A stretch of 64,000 nucleotides of DNA from the human T2T-CHM13v2.0 reference genome, Homo sapiens. Position numbers and translations under genes: made by a program. The stretch lies in NCBI RefSeq assembly GCF_009914755.1, contig NC_060932.1, one strand, 5' to 3'. This document shows, one piece after another, positions 54,001-64,000 of the stretch (positions are counted from its first letter, which is position 1; each line of letters begins with the position of its first letter). A model generated the notes under the pieces. The model was not told the DNA's origin. It saw nothing but the letters and a program-made list of their open reading frames with translations, and ran no database searches.

Positions 54001-56398
54001 GCTGACAGTTTGAGTTAATAAATCATCTTGTCTTTCAAAAGTTTTTGGTTTTGTGAATGTGGACCACTTTGAAAATCTGATTAAACTTGGGAATTCTCAC
54101 CTCAAAAGAATACCCATATACATCTACACCAAGCACATAGCATTTTGCATGCAGCCTCAGGGAATTCAGTCTCCTGATCTAGTGGGTGAGTCCAGACCTG
54201 CCCATGTAAAGCAGTTAATAATGTGAGCCAGAATAAGAATTCACTGGTAATAATTCCCATTTTAGATTTCTGTAAAATATGTAAAAATAAATTTTAAGCA
54301 AAACATATTTATGTTTTGATAACACTTAAGAGTTGATACAACAGGGAACTGATAATGTATGTTTACTGTATAGCTAACCTCTTTGGTCAGTTTCTGTTCT
54401 TATGAGATTATGGTGTTAGTCCAGAATCTGTAGATACTGCCACTCTCTGAAGAGTCTTGTACAAGTGGGAGTCATAGTGTTAAAATGACAACATATCAGA
54501 TAATGCAATAATATGCTATAGGAGTTTAGAGAAGGTGAAAAAAATTTTATTCTTGGTGATGGCTTTGCTCTACTCTAGTTATGGCTATAGTTTGACTTGG
54601 CCATTAGAGGACTTTAATTCAAAAGGGTCCCACACGAATTCAGAAAGTGCCTCAAGAAATCAGTTGAGATTAGTAGAATTGAGTATGTGAAAATTCTGTT
54701 AAATTCAGCAAGAATCATTTTAAAGTCTTCTCTATTTTGGAATGCTCTTCATTTCCATTAAGCCAAATAAACAATGAAGAATCCATTTTAGAGTGAATTA
54801 TTTTTCTTGTTTAGTTTTCTGAGGGTAAACTCTTTCCTGGGATTCAAGTATACAAGACATACGAGAGAGCAAGATAGGCTCAGCGGTGGAGGTGATTATT
54901 TTCTACACAAGTAGATAACATTTAAACAATGCATGAAGTTTTAAGTGGAATTAGGGAAGGGATATAGCAGAAATTTTATGGTATATTGCAGTAATATTTA
55001 AAGGGTAAGAGAGCTCTATGTAGAATTTTGGCACTGAGAAATCCTACTTTTAGTGAAGTTGCCTTCTCTCCATCTCTTTCTGTTGAACCCTTGAGAGATG
55101 TCAGCTATGGTTATTTTCTTTTCTCTTTATCTCTAATCATTGTTATCGGCATCTTATCTCTGACTCTTCAAAATCTGAAACTTCAGTCTTCCACTTCTTG
55201 AATATTTTTCCAAATTACTCATAAATGTCTGGGATTGTGCCTAATCACTATTCTTTAATTTAACAGCTTCCTATGATTCAACCTTTAAAAAATGACAAAA
55301 CAACAACATTAACACTACAGCTTCCAAATTCAATCAGAAAAATCTTATGTTTAATTCACAGTCAATTAGAATAAAACATAAATAGTGCATCAAAATCATA
55401 TTGTTGTAGTTCAGTATACAGAGGCATTTGTGAATACATTTGTGTTCAGCAGCGTTTTTTCTTCACTGTATGTATCAAAACATTACTATGAGCCATCTGC
55501 TAGAAATAACTTCACTGTGCAAAGCTATATGTTAAATTACCATTTAATGCATTTCACGGGTATTGCAAAGATCTCGATATTACGATTTTTTTCCTCTCGC
55601 AGTGTAACTGGTAACCAAATTAAGTACCAACTTTAAGTCACTCCCTGTTTTCTGTAGAATAAAGGATTGTTTCATTAGTTTGCTATTTCAAAGCCCTTCA
55701 AGTTTCAACCAGGCTAACAAGTCCCATCTGATGTCTTACTAGTCTCCTTTACCTGCTTTACTACTTACCATGTAGTCTAGCCAAAAGGACTGTTACTCTT
55801 TCCTTTAAGTGCTCCTCCAATCTCTGAACATGAGGTCTTTGAGGACAAATAACCATATCCTACTTATCTTGAAATCCTCCATGGCTGCTTGCCTAACTCA
55901 GAGTCATGTGATGGTTTTAAGTAAGTGAACATTGAGTAAATGAGTTATGCTCTGTGTATACACTTTGTGCTGATTAGGTCTATATTCTATATGTCCCCTA
56001 GCAAGTCTAACTTAAGTAACATCTCCCGAGAACCTTCAGTAAATTCCCAGATTTTCTATGGACTATTAAAGCATCTTATATACAGTTTTTGTATACACTT
56101 ACCAGTTTTACTATGTATGAAATAATCACTTAGATGGGCCTTATCCCATTTCTCCTTTTGGCATAGATTACAGACTTTTGTGCCACTTAGTCTTGGTTTT
56201 TAATACTGGCTGCACCATGTGTATTCTTAGACAGGTCTTCATCTGTTAAATGTACACTATGTTTTCAATACCTTTTATGATTACCAAGATCAAATGAGAA
56301 AACGTATAGAAAGAACAGTTGGCACTCAATAAGTAAAAAACACAGAGCCTGACGTACCTGCAATAGTAAATATTCTGATTCTTCTCTCTTTCTCCTAA

Positions 56399-56738
<340 letters not shown>

Positions 56739-57756
56739 GAGTTGTTTCGTTTCCTTTTTATGTACCAATAGTGCCTAGCAAGTGCCTTAGTCTTCTTGGA
56801 TGTTCAAATAAATGTTTAATGAATGAACAGAAATTTGGACATTTTTGATAATGGTAATATTTTTAACACCTTTAAGATTCAAAATTTGATTAGTGAACAT
56901 GATAAAAATTAAAATAGAGAAGAATCTTGGGTATCTGTGTTACTTAATTCTTGGCCTTCATCCCAACTGTACATACCAATTTCTAGATATTTATGTAGAG
57001 AGTACAGCATGCTATGACTTACCCTAAAGAGGATCCCCAAAACATAATTTTCATTTTGGTTGATGCGTCAGGCATCTCAGCCAGAATAATTTAAAATATT
57101 TTAGAAAAACCGTAAGTCGCTTTAAAATGCAATCCAGATTTAAATTATTTGAACTCACTTAGATACTGATTCTTTACTGAATTAAGTCATGTTGTGAAAA
57201 TAAAGATGTGTTTAACTCTGTTACTGTGGACTATTCTCACTTTGAGAAATGTTTCAAATATATAGAGTTGTATAGATTTAGAATATGAGGGAACCTAAAG
57301 AATAAACTCCTTATTTTTTTATTCAAAATGTAAATGATAGGACAAATTAAGCACATGAAATTAGAGGCTTTATGTTTTGAGGGAAACTTACCAATTTTTA
57401 CAATTGATAGAATATCTTTTTATAGTACTTCAGTGGCTAGCGAATGTTGAAAAATAAGGAACAACCTTGTTCTAGGTTTTTCTTAATACTATTGACAATT
57501 TTTATGTTTTAAAAACCAGGGCAACAAAAACAAAACCAGAGCAACACTGCAAAAGACAAGTATTACAGGATTGATTCTAAGTGGGTAGGGCAGGCATGTC
57601 CACCTCAGGAAGTATGTTAATCTCCTAAGTTTTCTTGTTTTTATGCCTTTAACACAGGTCTTCCCTCACCTATACTTACTCCCCCCAAAAGACTAAGATC
57701 TAACAAGGCTATAATTGGGTCAACTGCCTTCTTAGTTCTGAAGAAATGAGCAAATT

Positions 57757-57838
57757 GCCTTTCTTTAAAGCGGCTTCTTACGCCTGCAGACATTCCCGCC
57801 TTTCTTTAAAGCTGCTGCTTACGCCTGCAAACATTCCC
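57757..57838 (+). repeat. 41-bp tandem duplication (3 mismatches)
   Basis: gcctttctttaaagc(g/t)gct(t/g)cttacgcctgca(g/a)acattccc occurs twice. Confidence 0.92.
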
Positions 57839-59029
57839 TGAGTAGCAGTTTTGTGTCCTGTCATGGTGCTAGGTCCTGGGGACTACAAAAGTAAACATGA
57901 CTCATTTATCTCCAGAAGTTCACAGGCCAGAGTAGCATTTCTAACCTCATCTTCCTTAGCTATTTGCTATCTCAAGAAATGTTAATACATTTTCGTGATA
58001 AAAGGGGTTACATGTTTTCTTGACTCTAGTAACACTGAATGCTTTATCTCCGTCTCGTTGACTGCACCAAGAAGTCTTTCAATAAAGAATGCAGCCTAAC
58101 TTTTTTTAATCCAATAATTCCCTAGCTTATTTGAGAAGACCCCTTTTTTCTTTTTTTTTTTTTTTTTTAGTGCCACACATATCAGTGTTCCAAGAGATAT
58201 AAATGTTCTTCAGCACCCAGTTTGAGTGAGAACCTGTGCAGAGATGATGTACAGCTTTAATGAGATGAGTGCTGTCAGAGCAGCAGGAGCCGGGGAGTTA
58301 GGGAAGTCTTCACACAAGCAGTTCTGTGTTTAACCAAGTCTGCAGTGATTTGTATACAAAGGAAGGGAAGGGTGGTTTAGGGCTCGGACGGAAAGAATAG
58401 AATGGAGAATAGCATGAATGCTTGACACAGAGCAACATATATTTGAGGAAAATCCAAGAGCTCAATATCATTAGATCAAAGTGGGGTTGAATGTCAAAAG
58501 ATCGAAGAAGCTCTACCGGAGAATGATCCTTGAAATATCTGAAAAACTCTGAATAGCAAGATTGAGCTATAAAGTAGGTAGTAATCAGTTCCTACATTTC
58601 AAAGTTATATAAAGTCCATTGTACTTTATATTTAAAGCTAGTTTTTCACGGGGAAAACAAAGATTCTGAATTTAGCAAAAGCTAGGAAGAATATGGGATA
58701 AACTATATGGCTGAATCATCCACTGTGTGCTGCTATTGAGTTCTGAATGTTATTTAATCATACTTTAAAAAAAATTGAGTCATCTGTTAACATTTTAATA
58801 CAGTACATTAAGAATGACGAAGCAACTTTCCTTGTAAAAGATTTTAAGTTAACTAATTCCTATTTTGGAATTACAGAATTACCACATGTGAAGACAGAAC
58901 AATGAAATATTTTGTATTTTTAAATTTAAGGTTTTACTGAGCCTTACCATCATTGTTGCTCTTTATAAAATATTGATAAATACAGAAAAATAAGAATTAA
59001 AGTGAGCTTATGCCATATAAAGACAGTGT

Positions 59030-59400
59030 ACATGCTGATGTATTTTTTGCTAGACAAAATTTACATATTTATATTTATGCTAAATAGAGTTCTTGTTTTT
59101 TACATTTTCCCCACATTGTAAATTCTTTGTAAACACCACATTCAGTGACTACATAATATTTCATTCAGTGGATATATCATTGTTTGTGTAGCTGTAGACA
59201 GTCTTCAGTTTTTCCAACCATATATTTAGATGGTTTCCACTTTATTTGTTATTATAAATAATGTTTTCTGTATATAATTCCAGAATTGGAATTGTTGGGT
59301 CAGAAAGTAGGAATATGTTTAAGGTTCTTGATGTATGTTACCACATTACTTCACAAAACAGTGCAGTCATTTATATTTCTACTGGGAGTGTATCAAGGAG
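59030..59400 (-). mobile_element. Old L1M fragment
   Basis: tttagatggtttccac...attataaataatg...agaattggaattgttgggtca, reverse L1 ORF2/3' text. Confidence 0.6.
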
Positions 59401-59595
59401 TTTATTCAGATCTTGAGGACGATCATTTATAAAGACAATAAAGCAGAGTTTTTTGGTTAGTTTTAAAATATGGACGTATTTATTGTTTTCTTCATGGTTT
59501 TAATGGTAAGCAACATTCAGCTAAATCTATGTATAATGCTTTGTATAAACAAATATAAGGATTTTCTCTTTATATGAAGCATTTTGATTTTTGAG

Positions 59596-59767
59596 GTATC
59601 CATCACGAATTGAAAAAATTGACTATGAGGAGGGCAAGATGTTGGTCCATTTTGAGCGCTGGAGTCATCGTTATGATGAGTGGATTTACTGGGATAGCAA
59701 TAGATTGCGACCCCTTGAGAGACCAGCACTAAGAAAAGAAGGGCTAAAAGATGAGGAAGATTTCTTT
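59596..59767 (+). CDS. PHF20L1: PHF20L1 exon 3 (172 nt), first Tudor/MBT-like domain [39 protein letters not shown]...EDFF
   Basis: Lies within ORF 59591..59866. Acceptor tttttgag|G and donor TTT|gtaagt. TG+G completes Trp28. Carries the aromatic-cage pattern HF-x2-W-x3-YDEW. Confidence 0.96.
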
Positions 59768-59918
59768 GTAAGTAGCAAGTTTTTTCTGTTTGCTAGTTTT
59801 GCCAGCTATGTAATGACATATTTTAAAAGGATTCTGTTAAATTATACAAAAGCCTGTTTTTGTTAAGAAATGCTTATTTAATATACATGGAATTGATCTT
59901 AAAAGTTGTTTAAAATAG

Positions 59919-60003
59919 GATTTTAAAGCTGGAGAAGAAGTTCTGGCTCGTTGGACAGACTGTCGCTATTACCCTGCCAAGATTGAAGCAATTAACAAAG
60001 AAG
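59919..60003 (+). CDS. PHF20L1: PHF20L1 exon 4 (85 nt), second Tudor domain start [28 protein letters not shown]
   Basis: Acceptor aaatag|GAT and donor AAG|gtatgt. Canonical Tudor motif F-x-x-G-x-x-V-L-A-R-W...YYPAKI. Confidence 0.96.
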
Positions 60004-60846
60004 GTATGTGTTTGAAATGATCTGAGACTTAAAATTAGATTAATAGTAAAATTTCACTGTATTTTAAATTTTAATTAGTGTGTGTTATGTAATCATTACG
60101 TATAACTTTTATATTTTCTGTAAGTATTCTTTTTCGGGAGCATTTGATTTGTTATGTGTTATCGAGAATAAAATGCTATATGGTTTGCTACCTAAGTAGT
60201 GTTTAAATTAGTAGACAAAAATAGTTGGTTAAAATTTTTCAACTTTCAATTCACAGGCTTATATCATATACATTTTATTTCTACTTCTCTGTTTCTAGTT
60301 TGTGGCTAACTTATATTTATGAACATCTACCCAAGAGTGTGAGGAAAGGTTAAAGATTTAGGGGAATTCAAATCAGTTCAATTCACAAGTGAAATACATA
60401 GGATATTTTCTGAGGAAAGAGTATGGAATTTTTACCAGTTCGAGGATTTCCCTTATTGTGTCTCTCCCTGCTGTCCTGTCATTAATTTCTACAGATAATT
60501 GAGTTAATTTTCTAGTATCTTTTTGTGGACATGTGTTAGAATATTAGATACTGAGCCAAAGTTGCTTAAGTAATCAAAAATGTTGAAAGTAACACAGAAA
60601 TTAGGCATGTTAGTGTTGCATAAGACTGGGAAATCTATTGGACAGATCATTAATTTAAAACAGAATTCATATGCTCATTAATTTGGAAAGTTGTGAGAAT
60701 TAATAATTAAATTATTGTTGAAAACATACCTGAATATTTTATTCAAATTTCTCATTTAAAAAAGTTTTGGAATACTTGCACGTGTTTTTTAAATTGAGTA
60801 ATACATTAATTTTCTACTAAAGTTATTTCTTAAACTTGACCACTTA

Positions 60847-61205
60847 CGGTAGTCCTTCCTTATCCACGGGGGATACATTCCAAGACCCCCAGTGGGTATT
60901 TGAAACTTTGGAAACTACTGAACCCTATATATACTATGTTTTTTCCTATACTGTACATGTATATGAATGATAAAGTTTAATTTATAAATTAGGCACAGTA
61001 AGAAGTTAACAATAATAAAATAGAATAATCAAACAGTATATTGTAATAAAAGTTATATGAATGTGGTCTCTCTCTTCCTTCCTCTCTCTCTCAATCTCTC
61101 TTGTCTCTCTCTTGCAAAATATCTTATTGTGCTGTACTCACTCCTTTTCAGACCGCGGTTGACTGCAACTGTGGAAAGCGAAATCGCGGATAAGGGGGAT
61201 TTCTG
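60847..61205 (+). mobile_element. MER44-like TcMar-Tigger MITE
   Basis: TIRs cggtagtccttccttatccacg and cgcggataagggggatttctg, flanked by TA at 60845-60846 and 61206-61207. Confidence 0.85.
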
Positions 61206-63957
61206 TATTCATTGTTATTACTAAAGAAACAAACATTGAGTGACAGCTTCTTGGCAAGAAGGGCATTTAATCTAAGTAAGGGGACATTTCCTTTAAACTG
61301 AGTCTTGAAAGACAACTAAGTTAGCTAAAGTAGTGATCAAAGTGCTTTTCTGGTAGAAGAAATATGTGGAAAATAACAAGTGGGAGAGGCATGCCATGTC
61401 ATTTTAAGGAACTGCAGGTTGCTTAGAATGAAAGATTCGTTTATAGGTGATAGAATAGCTAGAGTACAGGTTGGAGAGAAAGGCAAAGATTGGTATATGA
61501 AGTGTCATGTAATCTTGCTAAAGAATTAGAATTTTATATGGAGGTGATGGGAGCCATGGAAGAGTTTTTAGGCTGAGGATTTAATCTAACAACAAACTTG
61601 AGAGAAAATAGGAGGTAAGAGAAGATAGAAGAGGAAAACAGAGATATATTAAGGAATTTTAGGTGTGAAAAAATAAATCATAGTAGTCTAGCTAGAAATC
61701 ATGATATAACTTTATAAAGACCTTAATCCAATGTATTGTCTTAATGAATTGAAATCATGAATATGGCTATGGTTTTCTTACCACTGGTTACCCCTACAGA
61801 AAGAGTTGAGAGACATCTCAGTTGTTAGGTGTGCAGGCTGTTTCTTCTTTTCTAGTGGGCCCTGTATTTCCCTGTACACTTACACTTCTGTGGAGCTGTG
61901 TTATGGAGCTTACATTCCCAAGTCTTATTCACATTGGCTTCCGAGTGTCTAGTCCAGAGCCTAGCACATAGTAGACAGTCAGTAACAATTTGTGGAAGTA
62001 AAGGAAGAAGTAAAATCTCTTCTGTTGGGTAATAAGATGTACCCAAAACAAAGTGAAATTAAACAGTCATTGCCCTCTACATTAATTCATAACAGTTTCT
62101 TTTAAGAGCTTTGGGGCCTTCGTTACATGCTTAAAGTTCCCTGTGTGTGTGCAGATGCAGGTACACACATAGCGCACACACTCAGAACAAAACCACCCTC
62201 ATTCTTTATTCTATCCCTTTCATCTACAGGCATTTAATACAGAAAATTCAGCTTACCTTAGTGGAAGAGTGTTGATACTGATTGTGATCCCTGGCATTTC
62301 CAGAGTAGTTTCAGTGAACACATAGTGAAATATTGGCAGATACTATTTGTTTTCTGAAAGGTATTAATTTTGTGATTTCTGTATGCCCCAAGTGGTGGAT
62401 AGGCCTGCCCGCTCCCCACCTTGACAAAAATCAGAAGGGCAAAAGAAGCCATCCGTTCAGTGTAAGAGCAAAACAAAATGAACAATTGTGAACATTTAGG
62501 CATTTGTAATACAGCATATAGAAGCAAAGAAAAGGGGCCAGTCAGTGTGTACTGGAGTCATTGGGGAAGTTTTCATCTTGGGAATGGTCCTTGAAGAGTG
62601 GACTGGGGTTTAGATAGACACAGGGAAAGGAGAAAGGCATCACAACAGAGGAAATAGCATGAGCAAAGGCAGAGAGGTATTAATGCCCAGACGGCCTGGT
62701 GTGCAAGCTGAGTTTTTCTGGAATGCTGTATTGAAGAAGGAAGACAGAAAGTTGCAGGAAAGATGGAAGTGCCAGGTGTACACAGAGTTTGGCATTCTCA
62801 AAATTTTTCCATTGTCTTTACATCCTTGCTATTCGCCTGATCAGTTGTTTGCATAACTTGAATTTAGATCTTTATATCTGTGAAATTCAACGTTAGGCTA
62901 ATTATAGAAAGAAATAAAATCAAATGGTGTTATTCAGAGTACCCAAAAAAAAAAATCTTTGCACATATATATTATCGGCTTTGGTGCCAACCCCAAGGAC
63001 ATTAGTAATGATTGTCACATTTCTTGTTTATAATTCTTTTATAAAGACCAAGTATCTGTTTACTTAGAGTGGGACTCTGCCTTCATTGGGGAAATGGTGG
63101 AAGAACATTTTTCTAGGAAATGACAGGAAAACATTTGAATTTCCTTAAGTAGGCATTATACATAATTTATATATCTTCTAATAGTACTGGCTTATATTGA
63201 CTTGAAAGCATGGGGTCTGTAACAAAAAGTGAATATGCTTCATAATAGACAAACAAAATCTTGAGTCCTTCAAGTAGGATGAGTTTGTGGGAAAGACATG
63301 GATGACCAGATGAGATTGGAAGTATTAATTACGGCTGTGTTGCCTGCCACTTAGGTGAATGCCATTGGGTGTAGCATTTAGCCTTCCTCTAGAATTCAGT
63401 GTTCTGAGCTACTTATGAAGACTTTTATCTAGATGATTTGTAAAATATTTTCTACCTTTAAAGTCTGGAACTACAATTCTTATTTTCCAGTTTGTTGTTA
63501 TTGCCCAAGGAATAATCCTTTCCAGGGCAAATGATCTTTTTTGCATATCAGCTCCTTCTCTGTATTACTTCTTTTGAAAGAAACATTCAAAAGCAAATGG
63601 TAATGCCTATGGAAATATTATATATTTTTGTAAGTAATGATTTTACTTTTGTCAGCTATGTTGAGTCTAAACATTTAAATTACTGCAAAATAAATTATAA
63701 AATTTCTTAGTAAAAATCAGAATTACATGGAACTAACTTATCAAGACTTAATTTGTGTACTTGTTAGGGGAAACAGGAGTTCAGAGTTGTTTTTAGAGGG
63801 AGGGAGAAAGTAAACTTGATGGAGTCCTTAACAGGAGCATTTGTAGTTTTTGCATTCCTAAAGCATTTATCTATACAAGTCACTACTTGTTAGATTTCAA
63901 GTGTTGCTGTAAACTTGAATTATATTTTCTAATGATTCTGACTTGCTCCTGTTTCAG

Positions 63958-64000
63958 GAACATTTACAGTTCAGTTTTATGATGGAGTAATTCGTTGTTT
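63958..64000 (+). CDS. PHF20L1: PHF20L1 exon 5 (truncated by window end), GTFTVQFYDGVIRC
   Basis: Acceptor ctcctgtttcag|GA. Phase 1 matches exon 4 and completes the Tudor beta-strands (FTVQFYDG). Confidence 0.95.

Noticed and set aside
58141-58175. Long poly-T followed by AG as a cryptic acceptor
   Set aside because: No convincing downstream donor or open frame seen, and the tract looks like simple slippage inside a repeat.

Overview
This is primate genomic DNA, most likely human chr8q24.22, not a microbial sequence. Two genes sit head-to-head about 14.8 kb apart. TMEM71 is on the minus strand: a probable non-coding exon 1 at ~25.7 kb, coding exons 2-5 reconstructed in frame (487 coding nt), and intron 5 running off the window start. 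PHF20L1 is on the plus strand: a CpG-island promoter at ~40.4-41.0 kb, non-coding exon 1, and coding exons 2-5 for the N-terminal tandem Tudor/Agenet-like domains, cut off at the window end. The rest is intronic or intergenic and dense with Alu, L1, L2, MIR, CR1, MaLR/ERV LTRs and DNA-transposon fossils. Almost all listed six-frame ORFs are spurious. I see no new multi-gene system. The best leads are small-scale features: (1) a GGC repeat with a CUG-started poly-Gly frame and a strong-Kozak uORF in the PHF20L1 5'UTR; (2) a TMEM71 uORF in frame with the CDS and separated from it by one TGA; (3) inverted AluY-like elements tightly bracketing TMEM71 exon 3; (4) a sense-oriented LTR13 solo LTR inserted into an Alu; (5) a (GGAA)15 microsatellite; (6) a tailless 5S rRNA retrocopy; (7) paired rare GAG|GTA acceptors; (8) several local duplications. 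Gene and repeat-family names come from recognition and memory, not from database searches.
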